64,000 nt of DNA, taken from assembly GCA_964526285.1 (NCBI GenBank), contig CAZGIW010000001.1:62864-126863 (forward strand), given 5' to 3'. Positions within the stretch are counted from its first letter, which is position 1, and the number at the start of each line of letters is the position of its first letter. Shown piece by piece: positions 20,694 through 31,673 of the stretch. This DNA is from an uncultured Bacteroidales bacterium (GTDB lineage Bacteria; Bacteroidota; Bacteroidia; Bacteroidales; DTU049). Both the position numbers and the translations under genes were made by a program. The notes beneath the pieces are model-generated. The model was given only the letters and a program-made list of their open reading frames with translations. It did no database searches and was not told the origin of the DNA.

Positions 20694-23600
20694 ATGCAAA
20701 ACATACTCTCACAATTAAATTTGTTTATTAGAAAATATCATTTTTCGTTATTTATAAAAAATGTATTTTTCTTTTTTACATTTATTGGCCTTCTTGTTGC
20801 ATTTTTTGCCTTTGTTGAATATTCACTATGGCTTGACTCTTTATACAGAAGAATAATTTTTGGTCTTTTGGTTTTCTTCGTTTTTTGTTCAGGAATTTGG
20901 TATTTTTTATTACCGTTCCTGCGATTTTCGAGATTTAGAAAAACGATTGATAAATACAAGGCAGCAGATATCATCGGAAATTTTTTCCCGGATATCAGTG
21001 ATAGATTTAGAAATTTATTAGAATTGAATGAATTACAGAATGTTTCACGTGAAAACATTCAACTTTTGAATGCCGCGATAACTCAAAAATCTTCACAACT
21101 TGGTGTTTTTCATTTTCAAAAAGCCCTGAATTTAAACTCTCTGAAACGATCAGTTCTATTCTTTATTCCAATCATTTTAGGAATTCTTTTAATGGCATTT
21201 GTAAATCCAAATCTAATTTCACAGCCACTTGAACGAATTGTAAAATTTAATACTGAATTTGAAAAACCAGCTCCATTTCAATTTGTTTTGATTAATGAGG
21301 AATTAACAGGTGTACAGGGAAATTCCGAGATTTTAATGCTTAAGATTGAGGGAAACATAGTCCCTGCCCAGGCTGAAATTTTTCTAAATGGAAATGAATA
21401 TCCAATGCAAAAGACCAATCATAACACTTTTCAATTTACTATACAACAGCTGCAGGAAGATTTTTCATTTTATTTTAAAGCAAATGATTTTAAGTCCCGT
21501 TCTTATAAATATAATGTAGTTGTTAAGCCTACAGTTCTCAACTTTACAACCGAAATTATCTATCCCTCATACACAGGAATACAAAACGAAATTAAGAAGA
21601 ATTCAACGGATTATCTGGTCCCTCAGGGAAGCAAACTCAAGTTCCAGTTTAAAGGAAAGGATGTGGATTTCATGATTGCCAATATGAATGAAGAAACAAA
21701 GCAAATTCCAATGTTAACCAAAGGAGCAAATGCATTTGTGTTTCTACATGTTTGCCAAAGCAGTAGTAACATCATTTTTACTGCAAATAATAAAAAAGTT
21801 CAATTTTCTGATACTATTCAGATGTTTTTTGATGTGATTCCTGATATGTATCCAGCAATAAATATTCAGGAAGCAAAAGATTCGGCTTTTTTTAATATAA
21901 TTTATTTTCAAGGGGAAATTTCTGATGATTATGGGTTTACAAACCTGAAGTTTCATGTTAAACCAAAGGACCAAAAGGACTTTACAGAGATGAGTATACC
22001 GTTTACCCAACAAATTCAAGAACAAAAGTTCTTCTATATGTTTGATTTTTCTCAATTTGACAATTGGAGAGAATCAGAAATTGAATACTATTTTTCTGTC
22101 ACAGACAACGACGCAGTAAATGGAAGAAAAACAGCAAAATCAGGAACAAGAATTTTTAAAATGCCAGATATTGAACAGTTACAGGACCTTTATAATCAAC
22201 AAAACACAAATGTGTTTTCTGATATGCATACTGCAATTGAAGAAGCCAAAAACTTACAAACTGAAATTGATGCCTTACGAATGGACTTGATAAACAAGAA
22301 GAACTTAAACTGGGAAGACAAGAACAGAGTAGAACAATTGTTTCAAAAGCAACAACAGCTTGAGAATCTAATAGATCAATTAATTAATCAAAATGAAGAT
22401 AAAAATATTCTTGAAGAGTTGATGAAAGACATTCCTGAAGATTTATTGGAAAAACAAAGACAGTTGGAGGAATTATTCAACGAATTGTTTGATGATGAAA
22501 TGAAGGAAATGATGAAGCAATTGCAAGAATTGATGCAGGAACTGAATAAGGACAAAATAATGGAACAACTGCAGGAAATGCAATTGAGAAATGAAGACAT
22601 TGAAAAGTCTCTCGATGCAACCATGGAGTTGTATAAACAACTTGAATTTGAAAAGCAAATGAATGAAATGCTCATTGATTTGGAAGATTTAAGAGAAAAA
22701 TTGCAACAACTCAATGAGGAAACAGAAAATAAATCAAAGCCAAATGACCAGTTGTCAAAAGAGCAGGAGCAAATCAATCAGGAGTTTGAAAAAATTAGAG
22801 AAGAAATTGAAGACCTGCAGCAGATGAATGAAGAGCTTGTAGATCCCATGGATTTTCCCAACATGGAAGAACTTATGGATGAAATTTCAGAAGATCTGCA
22901 GGAAGCCAAAGATAACCTGACAAAGAACAAAAATTCAAATGCTGGAAAAAACCAGAAAAAGGGATCTGAAAATATGCAGAAGATGCAAGAGATGATGGAA
23001 ATGGCAATGGAAGGACAAGCAAATGAAAGTTTGGCAGAAGATATTGAAAATCTCAAACGCATTCTGAAAAACTTGCTTCATGTATCTTTTTCTCAGGAAT
23101 CAACCATGAATATTGGAAAAAAACTAGTTTCTAGAGATCCGATTTTTAACCAATATGTGGTAAATCAAAAAAAACTGATGGGTAGATTTAAGGTAGTAGA
23201 AGATTCTTTGCTGGCATTGGGAAAAAGACAAATCATGGTGCAGCAAATAATTCAAAATGACCTGAAAACAATTAGAGAAAATGCAGCAAAGATAGACACG
23301 TATATTAGCTATGGACATCTTGGCCCCGCAATGATGCACCAGCAATATCTTTTACAATCTGTAAATAATCTTGCACTCCTTTTAATAGAGGTTCTTGAAA
23401 ACATGAACAATATGATGCAGCAACAGGGCGGGGGAGGAGGTTCTTGTAATAATCCAAATAAGCAATGTTCCGGACAAAAGCCTGGAAAACCAAGTGCAAA
23501 AACGATGCGACAATTGCAGGAACAAATAAATCAGCAAATGGAACAGCTTATGCAACAAATGAAAGAAGGAAAGTCAGGCCCTGGAGGCATGGGAACCAGT

Positions 23601-24020
23601 GAGCAGTTTGCCAAACTTGCTGCACAACAGGAAGCATTGAGAAGACAACTTCAGGAATATTCTGAAATGTTAAAATCGCTGGGGGAAATGGATCAGAGTA
23701 CACTTCAGGAAATTATGCGACAAATGGAAGAAACAGAAAGGGATCTTGTAAATAAAAAACTAGATATTAACACTCTTAAACGGCAGAATGACATTTTGGT
23801 AAGACTCATGGAATCTGAGAAAGCTGAGTTGGAACGGGAAAAAGATGAAAATCGTACATCAAGAACTGCAAAAGTTATTAACAAAAGTAACCCTGAGCAA
23901 TTTTTTCAGTATAAAAGAGAGAAAACCACTTCTGAAGAAATTATTAAGTCCATACCCCCTATGTTCAATAGTTTCTACAGACAAAAGGTGAACAACTTTT
24001 ATATTGAATTAAATAACTGA
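20694..24020 (+). CDS. Large membrane-anchored coiled-coil protein (DUF4175-like)
   Basis: About 1108 aa. N-terminal TM helices, a central beta-rich region, then a very long E/Q/K/M-rich coiled-coil low-complexity region. ATG at 20694 chosen over the TTG at 20646. Confidence 0.5.
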   Translation: MQNILSQLNLFIRKYHFSLFIKNVFFFFTFIGLLVAFFAFVEYSLWLDSLYRRIIFGLLVFFVFCSGIWYFLLPFLRFSRFRKTIDKYKAADIIGNFFPDISDRFRNLLELNELQNVSRENIQLLNAAITQKSSQLGVFHFQKALNLNSLKRSVLFFIPIILGILLMAFVNPNLISQPLERIVKFNTEFEKPAPFQFVLINEELTGVQGNSEILMLKIEGNIVPAQAEIFLNGNEYPMQKTNHNTFQFTIQQLQEDFSFYFKANDFKSRSYKYNVVVKPTVLNFTTEIIYPSYTGIQNEIKKNSTDYLVPQGSKLKFQFKGKDVDFMIANMNEETKQIPMLTKGANAFVFLHVCQSSSNIIFTANNKKVQFSDTIQMFFDVIPDMYPAINIQEAKDSAFFNIIYFQGEISDDYGFTNLKFHVKPKDQKDFTEMSIPFTQQIQEQKFFYMFDFSQFDNWRESEIEYYFSVTDNDAVNGRKTAKSGTRIFKMPDIEQLQDLYNQQNTNVFSDMHTAIEEAKNLQTEIDALRMDLINKKNLNWEDKNRVEQLFQKQQQLENLIDQLINQNEDKNILEELMKDIPEDLLEKQRQLEELFNELFDDEMKEMMKQLQELMQELNKDKIMEQLQEMQLRNEDIEKSLDATMELYKQLEFEKQMNEMLIDLEDLREKLQQLNEETENKSKPNDQLSKEQEQINQEFEKIREEIEDLQQMNEELVDPMDFPNMEELMDEISEDLQEAKDNLTKNKNSNAGKNQKKGSENMQKMQEMMEMAMEGQANESLAEDIENLKRILKNLLHVSFSQESTMNIGKKLVSRDPIFNQYVVNQKKLMGRFKVVEDSLLALGKRQIMVQQIIQNDLKTIRENAAKIDTYISYGHLGPAMMHQQYLLQSVNNLALLLIEVLENMNNMMQQQGGGGGSCNNPNKQCSGQKPGKPSAKTMRQLQEQINQQMEQLMQQMKEGKSGPGGMGTSEQFAKLAAQQEALRRQLQEYSEMLKSLGEMDQSTLQEIMRQMEETERDLVNKKLDINTLKRQNDILVRLMESEKAELEREKDENRTSRTAKVINKSNPEQFFQYKREKTTSEEIIKSIPPMFNSFYRQKVNNFYIELNN

Positions 24021-24022
24021 AA

Positions 24023-24511
24023 ATGAGAGAAGAAGCTCAAACTCTTGTTCTTTACAGCCGTTCAAATGAATTTGCAAGGCTTGAAGAATTTATTGAAAAT
24101 ATCAGTGACCAGTTTAATATTGGACACACATATTTTTCAAATATCATTGTGGCCCTTACAGAACTTGTAAAGAATGCCATGCTTCATGGAAATCAGAATG
24201 ATTCTCAGAAAAAGGTGTTTGTTGAATTTAAACAGGAAGAAGGAAATCTTAAATTTTCTGTCACAGATCAGGGAAGTGGTTTTGACTTTCCTATACCCCA
24301 GCCATCAGAGATGCTTACGGATCTCAACATTAAAAATGGATTATCCATTGTTTATGCATTATCTGACGGATTAGAATTTGAAGAGAACGGAAGAAAAATC
24401 ACAGTTATATTTAATATTGCAGCAGCAAATGAACTTTTGAGTAAATCACGCATTTCAGCATTGAAACAGTCAGGACAAACAAAAGAAGATAAAAAGAAAA
24501 TTCATGACTGA
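24023..24511 (+). CDS. HATPase_c-type ATP-binding protein (RsbW-like anti-sigma kinase fold)
   Basis: 162 aa. N-box (ELVKNAMLHGN) and G-box (VTDQGSGF) of GHKL ATPases. Confidence 0.65.
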   Translation: MREEAQTLVLYSRSNEFARLEEFIENISDQFNIGHTYFSNIIVALTELVKNAMLHGNQNDSQKKVFVEFKQEEGNLKFSVTDQGSGFDFPIPQPSEMLTDLNIKNGLSIVYALSDGLEFEENGRKITVIFNIAAANELLSKSRISALKQSGQTKEDKKKIHD

Positions 24512-24959
24512 AGAAAAGATAAGGGAAATTTATTTTTTTGCCCAATCTGCTGAAAATAAGATAGATAAAGAAGAGGTCTGGATTAAATTCTTAAAAAACA
24601 CGTTGTTAAACACTTATAATAAAGACGAATTTCTTTTGAATTTTATTTTTTTAAGCAGAGAAGAAATTGCAGAAATGAATCAAAAGTATTTGAGGCACAA
24701 TTATGCAACAGATGTGATAACGTTTGATTTTTCAGATGATTTTGGGGTTTTTGGAGGTGATGTTTTTATTTGTCCGGATGTAATTGAGCAGAATGCGCAA
24801 TCCTATGGCGTGAGTTATAAAACAGAAATGTTAAGAGTTCTTTGTCATGGAATGTTGCATTTGTTGGGCTTTGATGACAAGACAGAGGAACCTGCTAAAG
24901 AAATACGAATACAGGAAGACAAGTGCATTGAAGCCTTTTTAAAGCAGGAAAATTTGTAA
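24504..24959 (+). CDS. ybeY: rRNA maturation endoribonuclease YbeY
   Basis: HGMLHLLGFDD zinc motif. 8-nt overlap with the upstream gene. Confidence 0.85.
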   Translation: MTEEKIREIYFFAQSAENKIDKEEVWIKFLKNTLLNTYNKDEFLLNFIFLSREEIAEMNQKYLRHNYATDVITFDFSDDFGVFGGDVFICPDVIEQNAQSYGVSYKTEMLRVLCHGMLHLLGFDDKTEEPAKEIRIQEDKCIEAFLKQENL

Positions 24960-24986
24960 CTTTGCAAGACAATTATCAATTGGTTT

Positions 24987-26846
24987 ATGTTTCCGGAATA
25001 TGACATTATTGTTGTGGGTGGAGGTCATGCAGGATGTGAAGCAGCATGGTCTGCAGCATGTATGGGCAGCAAAGTATTGCTTATTACACAACATCTAAAT
25101 AATGTGGGAATAATGTCATGTAATCCTTCTGTTGGGGGTGTTGGAAAGGGACAACTGGTGAGAGAAATTGATGCCTTAGGAGGAATGACTGGTGTTGTCG
25201 CTGATTTATCCATGTTGCAGGTGAGAATGCTCAACAGATCAAAAGGACCTGCAATGTGGAGTCCAAGAACACAAAACGACAGGCGATTGTATAGTTTTCA
25301 CTGGAGACGATTACTTGAATCAAAATCAGAGATAGATTTTTGGCAGGATACTGTCACAGCCATCGTTGAAAAAGGAGGAAAAGCAACTGGAGTAAAAACG
25401 CAGATGAATCTTCAATTTTTCTCAAAAGCGGTAATCATTACAGCCGGAACTTTTTTGGCTGGAAAAATATATATTGGAGAATACACAGCACAAGGGGGAA
25501 GAATAGGAGAGGAGGGTGCTTATGGGCTAACATCATCACTGAATGCATTTGGAATTGAATCAGATAAATTAAAAACAGGCACATCAGTGAGAATTGATGG
25601 GCGCACTATTGATTTTTCAAAAATGACCGAGCAGAAAGGAGATGAACCCATTTTTGGTTTTTCTTATTCAAATGTTCCCTTACCCGATAAACAATTAAGT
25701 TGTCATATCACCCATACCAATGAGCAGGTACATGATATTTTAAAAACCGGATTTTCAAAGAGTCCTTTATTTACAGGACGCATTGAAGGGACAGGACCCA
25801 GATATTGTCCATCGGTAGAAGACAAAGTAGAAAGGTTTTCCGGAAAGAATTCACACCATTTATTTCTTGAGCCTGAAGGATGGGACACAAGTGAGTATTA
25901 TATAAATGGGTTTTCCTCTTCTCTTCCTTTTGATGTCCAGCTTAATGCTTTAAAGCACATCCCGGGTCTTGAATATGCCAAAGTACTGCGCCCGGGTTAT
26001 GCCATAGAGTATGATTTTTTTCCTCCAACACAATTACAATTTTCACTTGAGAGCAGGATTTTGGAAAATTTATATTTTGCAGGTCAGGTAAACGGAACAA
26101 CAGGCTACGAAGAAGCAGGAGCTCAGGGTTTAATTGCTGGAATCAATGCATCATTAAAAATAAACAACAAACAGTCTTTAATTTTAAAAAGAAATCAGGC
26201 ATATATTGGTGTTCTTATTGACGATTTGGTTACAAAGGGAGTTGATGAGCCTTACAGACTTTTCACATCTCGTGCTGAATATCGGTTATTATTGCGACAA
26301 AGCAATGCAGATATAAGACTCACCCCAATAGCTTATGAGCTTGGAATGGTTGACAAGGCAATGGCGGATGCAACAACAAAAAAAGATAGTATGATTGAAG
26401 AACTTATACAAGTTTTCAGAAAGACCAGTGTCTCTCCCCAACAAACCAATGAAGCTTTTGAAAAAATTGAATCAAGCAAACTGACTCAAAAAACACCATT
26501 GTATCAGTTGCTATTACGAACCGAAATTAATGCAGATTTATTTATAAAAAAGGGATTCATTGACATTCCGGATTATTTGAATACAGATGAAATAATTGAA
26601 GAAGCAGAGATAAGAGTGAAGTATAAATCTTATATGGAAAGGGAGCAGGAAGTATCTGAAAGACTGCAAAGACTTGAGAATATCAGACTGCGGCCAGATT
26701 TTGATTATCATTCACTGCAGTCATTATCATGGGAGGCACGAGAAAAGCTAACAAAACACAAACCTCAAAATATTGGACAAGCTTCCAGAATACCGGGAAT
26801 TTCTCCTTCAGACATCAATGTACTTATTGTGTTTCTTAAAAAATGA
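24987..26846 (+). CDS. mnmG: tRNA uridine-5-carboxymethylaminomethyl modification enzyme MnmG
   Basis: 619 aa. YDIIVVGGGHAGCEAA FAD motif, GPRYCPS and QVNGTTGYEEA motifs. Confidence 0.95.
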   Translation: MFPEYDIIVVGGGHAGCEAAWSAACMGSKVLLITQHLNNVGIMSCNPSVGGVGKGQLVREIDALGGMTGVVADLSMLQVRMLNRSKGPAMWSPRTQNDRRLYSFHWRRLLESKSEIDFWQDTVTAIVEKGGKATGVKTQMNLQFFSKAVIITAGTFLAGKIYIGEYTAQGGRIGEEGAYGLTSSLNAFGIESDKLKTGTSVRIDGRTIDFSKMTEQKGDEPIFGFSYSNVPLPDKQLSCHITHTNEQVHDILKTGFSKSPLFTGRIEGTGPRYCPSVEDKVERFSGKNSHHLFLEPEGWDTSEYYINGFSSSLPFDVQLNALKHIPGLEYAKVLRPGYAIEYDFFPPTQLQFSLESRILENLYFAGQVNGTTGYEEAGAQGLIAGINASLKINNKQSLILKRNQAYIGVLIDDLVTKGVDEPYRLFTSRAEYRLLLRQSNADIRLTPIAYELGMVDKAMADATTKKDSMIEELIQVFRKTSVSPQQTNEAFEKIESSKLTQKTPLYQLLLRTEINADLFIKKGFIDIPDYLNTDEIIEEAEIRVKYKSYMEREQEVSERLQRLENIRLRPDFDYHSLQSLSWEAREKLTKHKPQNIGQASRIPGISPSDINVLIVFLKK

Positions 26847-26905
26847 TGTTTCACGTGGAACAGGGGCCTAATGGTCAGATATTCAACCAAATAAAAGCAA
26901 GAGAG

Positions 26906-27244
26906 TTATTTTTTCAGCGCATTATCAATCCGCTCGATGTAATCCAGAGAATCATCAAGATAAAATTGCAATTCAGGGATGTGACGCAGTTGATGCCTTA
27001 CTCTTTTTCCAAGATGATAACGTACTTCAGAAGAATGTGTAGAGAAATTTTGTAATACAGCATCCTTATCTTCTGTGGCAAATATGCTGAGATAAACACG
27101 TGCTATTCCCAAATCGGCTGTCACCCGAACCTTGGTGATGGTTATAAGAGATTTTTCACACAAATGTTTCAAATCCTTTTGAAGTAAATCAGATAAATCA
27201 ATCTGTATCACTTTTCCAACTTTCTGCTGTCTGATGCTTTCCAT
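26906..27244 (-). CDS. rbfA: Ribosome-binding factor A
   Basis: MESIRQQKVGK...ITITKVRVTADLGIARVYLS...R.IPEL.F..D pattern. ATG at 27244 chosen. Confidence 0.8.
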   Translation of the reverse strand: MESIRQQKVGKVIQIDLSDLLQKDLKHLCEKSLITITKVRVTADLGIARVYLSIFATEDKDAVLQNFSTHSSEVRYHLGKRVRHQLRHIPELQFYLDDSLDYIERIDNALKK

Positions 27245-27341
27245 AAGAACAATGTTTGAAATTTTTTGTACGTTTGCTGATTGTTTTGCAAAAATACGCA
27301 GAATAAACATAAGAATAAAAACTTATAAGCGTTATCAACAA

Positions 27342-29177
27342 ATGAAAAAGCTGAAACAACTGCTTTATTATATAAAACCCTTTTGGAAACATGCTGTATT
27401 GAACATTTTTTTCAATATTTTGGCTGTAATTTTTGGCCTTTTTTCACTGACAATGATTGTTCCATTTCTCCAAATTTTATTTATCCCAGATGCAGTTGCA
27501 AATGTACCCCAAACAATGCCCGAGTTTGCAATGAATAAAGATGCATTGCTGGGAATTTTCTATTTTTTGATGTATGAAATGGTTGCCGAAAGCAGTGTAA
27601 ATCAGGCGCTTATGTTTGTTTGCGCCATCGTTGTCGTCCTTTTTCTCTTGAAGAATCTTACAAAATATTTTGCAATGTTTTTTCTTGCTCCTCTCCGCAA
27701 TGGAGTAGTAAGAAATATCAGAAACAGTATGTATGGGAAAATACTTATTCTGCCATTATCATATTTTGCAAAAGAAAGAAAAGGTGATATAATGTCAAGA
27801 ATTTCTTCAGATGTACAAGAGGTAGAATGGAATATTCTCACGTCACTTGAAATTCTTTTCAGAGAACCTTTTGTGTTTGTGTTTTATTTTTTGACACTGT
27901 TTCTTCTTAGTGCAAAATTGACTTTGTTTTCAATTCTTCTACTCCCCCTTGCAATTTGGCTCATTAGTATTATTGGCAAAAGCCTGAGAAGGACTTCTGT
28001 TAAAGCACAATCAAGACTTGGCGTTTTATTTTCAATTGTAGAGGAATCAATTTCGGGACTGAGAATTATCAAAGGGTTCAATGCAATCAGTTTTTCTAAT
28101 CAAAAATTTGAAGAAGTAAATCAAAATTTTTACCGACTCAGTAATCGTCTTTACAGGAAAAAATATCTGGCATCACCATTGAGTGAATTTTTGGGAGCCC
28201 TGATACTCGTTGTTCTTATTTGGTATGGTGGCCGTTTGGTGATTCAACAACCAGATAATTTCAGTGCCGAATTATTTATATTGTTTATACTTGTTTTTTC
28301 TCAGGTGATACCCCCCGCCAAAGCCTTTGCCAATGCCTTTTATCACATTGAAAAAGGGATGGCATCCTATCAAAGAATTAAATATGTGCTTGATGCAGAA
28401 GAAAGAATTCTGCAGGCAGTTAATCCAGTTAGAAAAAAGACCATTGAAAAATCCATTCTTTATGAAAATGTAAGCCTGAAGTATGATAATTCTGATGTGG
28501 ATGCATTGAATCATATTTCGATTGAAATTAAAAAAGGAGAAAAAATTGCTTTGGTTGGAGCTTCGGGAGCAGGAAAATCAACATTTGTGGATTTACTTCC
28601 AAGATTTTATGATGTCACTGAAGGACAAATTCTTATTGATGATATTCCCATAAAAGAAATTCATATCGAAGACCTGAGAGGTTTGTTTGGCATTGTCTCG
28701 CAGGAAACAATTCTGTTTAATGACACGATTAAAAACAATATTGCTTTCGGATTACATGGCGTAAGTGACGAGGATGTGATTGAAGCCGCAAAAATGGCAA
28801 ATGCACATGATTTTATTATAAATACCCCACAACAATATGAAACGTTTATTGGTGACAGGGGTTCAAAATTATCAGGAGGTGAAAAACAAAGAATTAGTAT
28901 CGCTCGTGCAATTCTTCGTAATCCTGCTGTACTGCTGCTTGATGAAGCCACTTCAAATTTGGATACTTTGTCAGAGCACCTGGTGCAGGAAGCCCTGGAT
29001 AAACTTATGAAAGACAGGACCGCTGTTGTGGTGGCACACCGGCTCTCAACAATTATGCATGCCGACAGAATTATTGTTATGCAAAATGGAGAAATTATTG
29101 AAGAAGGAACACATCAACAACTGTTAAATTTGCAGGGAAAATATCATGAGCTTTGCAAGATGCAATCTTTCACCTGA
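27342..29177 (+). CDS. ABC transporter, fused permease/ATPase (MsbA/ABCB type)
   Basis: Six-TM domain, then Walker A GASGAGKST, signature LSGGEKQR, Walker B LLLDEATS. ATG at 27342 chosen. Confidence 0.85.
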   Translation: MKKLKQLLYYIKPFWKHAVLNIFFNILAVIFGLFSLTMIVPFLQILFIPDAVANVPQTMPEFAMNKDALLGIFYFLMYEMVAESSVNQALMFVCAIVVVLFLLKNLTKYFAMFFLAPLRNGVVRNIRNSMYGKILILPLSYFAKERKGDIMSRISSDVQEVEWNILTSLEILFREPFVFVFYFLTLFLLSAKLTLFSILLLPLAIWLISIIGKSLRRTSVKAQSRLGVLFSIVEESISGLRIIKGFNAISFSNQKFEEVNQNFYRLSNRLYRKKYLASPLSEFLGALILVVLIWYGGRLVIQQPDNFSAELFILFILVFSQVIPPAKAFANAFYHIEKGMASYQRIKYVLDAEERILQAVNPVRKKTIEKSILYENVSLKYDNSDVDALNHISIEIKKGEKIALVGASGAGKSTFVDLLPRFYDVTEGQILIDDIPIKEIHIEDLRGLFGIVSQETILFNDTIKNNIAFGLHGVSDEDVIEAAKMANAHDFIINTPQQYETFIGDRGSKLSGGEKQRISIARAILRNPAVLLLDEATSNLDTLSEHLVQEALDKLMKDRTAVVVAHRLSTIMHADRIIVMQNGEIIEEGTHQQLLNLQGKYHELCKMQSFT

Positions 29178-29300
29178 GGCAGATGAACACTCCTATTTTA
29201 AAAAACACCATATGTTAAAAATTGTTAAGCAGTTTTTTAGAACAAAAATTTCTTCCATAATTTTGCCAATTGAAAAACTGTAAATTTAAATTATGCACCA

Positions 29301-31673
29301 ATGATAAAAACCAAGATTACACTACTACTACTATTTTCAGTTTTTTATTTAAATGCACAAGCATTTTCATGGGATGAAGTTGAAATTTATCATTATGACA
29401 TTCACCTTTCAATTACAGACATTTCATCAAAACAAATTTCAGGATATACCCAGGTCACAACTGTTTCAAAAGTTAATGGACTGGATAGTATGTTTCTGTA
29501 TTTGTCAGAATTGCAGATTGACAGTATTCACACAAACGGAAACCTCAATACTTCTTTTGTTTATGACAATGACAGTATTATAAAAATTGAACTGCCAGCG
29601 GCATACAATATTGGAGATACTTTTACTGTAACTGTGTTTTATCAGGGACAACCCATACTTGACCCAAGTGGTTTTGGCGGGTTTTATTTTTCAGGAGACA
29701 ACCTATACGCTTACAACTTAGGGGTTGCTTTTTCAGATGATCCACACAGCTACGGAAGAGTTTGGTTCCCTTGTATTGACAGTTTTACTCACAAATCGCT
29801 TTATGACTTTTACATTACAACAACAACTCCTCAGTTTGCTGTGTGTGGAGGAACAATGATTAGCAAAACAGATGATGTGCCTGGCGGCACTACATTAACT
29901 CACTGGAAAATGAACCAAAAAACACCTCCCTATCTGATTTCTGTTGCTGTTTCTGATTTCGTGGTGGTTACTGATACTTTTGCAAGTGTTATGGGAAATA
30001 TTCCCATTGATATTTATGTAAGACAACCCGATTCATCAAAAGTAGCTGGTTCTTTTGCCAACCTGAATACACTGCTTGTGGGTTTTGAAAATCATTTTGG
30101 ACCTTATGGATGGGACAGAGTTGGCTATGTTGGTGTTCCTTTTAATTATGGCGCAATGGAACATGCCATGAATATTGCGTATCCCCGTTTTGCAATAAAT
30201 GGGTTTAATACTTATGAGTCGTTGTTGGCACATGAACTGGCACACTCCTGGTTTGGTAATCTTGTTACCTGTACCACAGCTCCAGATATGTGGATTAATG
30301 AAGGATGGGCCCGGTTTTCAGAAATCATATACAGAGAAATTATTTATGATAAAGAAACAGGAAGGGAATACTTCAGAAGTAAACACAGAGACGTTCTGCA
30401 TAAAACACATATAACAGATAATGGATATCTTCCTGTAAGCGGTGTAACCCATGACTATACTTACGGAAGTACTGTATATGATAAAGGTGGTGTTGTCACC
30501 AATGCCCTGAGATATTATATCGGAGATAGTTTATTTTTTCAAACTGTGATTGCCTATACAGATTCTTTCAAGTATAAAACTATTTCATCATTAGAACTGA
30601 GAGATTTTTTCTCATGGCAGTCAGGTGTTGATTTGAATCATTTTTTCGATACCTGGGTTTTCAGACCAGGCTTTATTGCAATGATTGTTGATTCTTTTCA
30701 CGTGGAACCAAACGGACCTGATTTTGATGTTACTGTTTGGTTTAATCAAAAACTGAAAGGCACAACAGAATATGCTCTAAGCAATAAATTTGATGTTTTG
30801 TTTGTGGGTGAAAACCATGAAACATATACACATCATGTCTTTTTAGCTAATCCTACAGGCAATCAGACGTTTACAATTCCGTTTACTCCAGTGGCAATGC
30901 TTATTGATCCTCTTGATCAAACTGTTTTTGCCACAACAAAATATGACAGAATTTTTACAAGTGCAGAATCGCCCAACTTTCTTCATTCATTTTGCAAAAT
31001 GACAATTAATAATCCAGGGTCAGATTCAGCCAGATTATTTGTAAGACATCACTGGGTAGCCCCTGATGATGACTTTGACATTAGTCAGAATATCTACAGA
31101 ATTTCCGATTACAGATATTGGGAAATAGATGGTGTTATTCCACAGGATGCCGATATTAGTGCAGAGTTTCACTACAACCGTACTGCAACTTCTAATGGTA
31201 ATCTGGACAACAATTTATTACCCACAACTGCATCAACAGATTCTCTGGTCCTTTTATACAGAGAAAATGCAGCATTTAACTGGACAGTTATCAATTTTAC
31301 ACGCACAGGCAATGCCAATGTGGGATATATGGTAACACCAAAACTTTTGCCAGGACAGTATACCCTGGGAATTGGGGAGCCAGGCCAATCATCCATAAAT
31401 CAGTATGAACCTCAAAAATTAAATACCATGAAAGTGTATCCTAATCCATCAAACGGACATTTTACGATCGAGCTAGAAACTGAAAGTCCGCAAACAAGCA
31501 TCAGGATTTTCAACAGCATGGGAAGACAAATTGAAAACATCAAACCCGTGCAGGGAAAAAATTCCATCATATGGAAACCCAACGGAAATCCTTCAGGAAT
31601 GTATATCATTCAATTGCATGACACCAGAAAAAAAGTTATGCTTGATTCCAGAAGTGTTATCTACGAAAAATAA
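29301..31673 (+). CDS. M1-family zinc aminopeptidase with T9SS C-terminal sorting domain
   Basis: GAMEH, HELAHSWFGN and WINEGWA (gluzincin) motifs. C-terminal VYPNPSNGHFTIEL...GMYIIQL sorting domain. Confidence 0.85.
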   Translation: MIKTKITLLLLFSVFYLNAQAFSWDEVEIYHYDIHLSITDISSKQISGYTQVTTVSKVNGLDSMFLYLSELQIDSIHTNGNLNTSFVYDNDSIIKIELPAAYNIGDTFTVTVFYQGQPILDPSGFGGFYFSGDNLYAYNLGVAFSDDPHSYGRVWFPCIDSFTHKSLYDFYITTTTPQFAVCGGTMISKTDDVPGGTTLTHWKMNQKTPPYLISVAVSDFVVVTDTFASVMGNIPIDIYVRQPDSSKVAGSFANLNTLLVGFENHFGPYGWDRVGYVGVPFNYGAMEHAMNIAYPRFAINGFNTYESLLAHELAHSWFGNLVTCTTAPDMWINEGWARFSEIIYREIIYDKETGREYFRSKHRDVLHKTHITDNGYLPVSGVTHDYTYGSTVYDKGGVVTNALRYYIGDSLFFQTVIAYTDSFKYKTISSLELRDFFSWQSGVDLNHFFDTWVFRPGFIAMIVDSFHVEPNGPDFDVTVWFNQKLKGTTEYALSNKFDVLFVGENHETYTHHVFLANPTGNQTFTIPFTPVAMLIDPLDQTVFATTKYDRIFTSAESPNFLHSFCKMTINNPGSDSARLFVRHHWVAPDDDFDISQNIYRISDYRYWEIDGVIPQDADISAEFHYNRTATSNGNLDNNLLPTTASTDSLVLLYRENAAFNWTVINFTRTGNANVGYMVTPKLLPGQYTLGIGEPGQSSINQYEPQKLNTMKVYPNPSNGHFTIELETESPQTSIRIFNSMGRQIENIKPVQGKNSIIWKPNGNPSGMYIIQLHDTRKKVMLDSRSVIYEK

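Noticed and set aside
22388-23062. Antisense ORFs inside the coiled-coil gene (22388..22777, 22473..22658, 22778..23062). The same applies to similar short ORFs nested in nadA, lepA, nhaC, sdhA, mnmG and the adhesin.
   Set aside because: They are low-complexity mirror images of biased coding sequence on the opposite strand or in a shifted frame. Each is fully contained in a well-supported gene.
26906-27342. Long N-terminal extensions that make rbfA (to 27310) and the ABC transporter (from 27234) overlap by 77 nt
   Set aside because: The internal ATGs at 27244 and 27342 give canonical N-termini (MESIRQQKVGK; MKKLKQLLYYIKPFW) and remove the divergent overlap.
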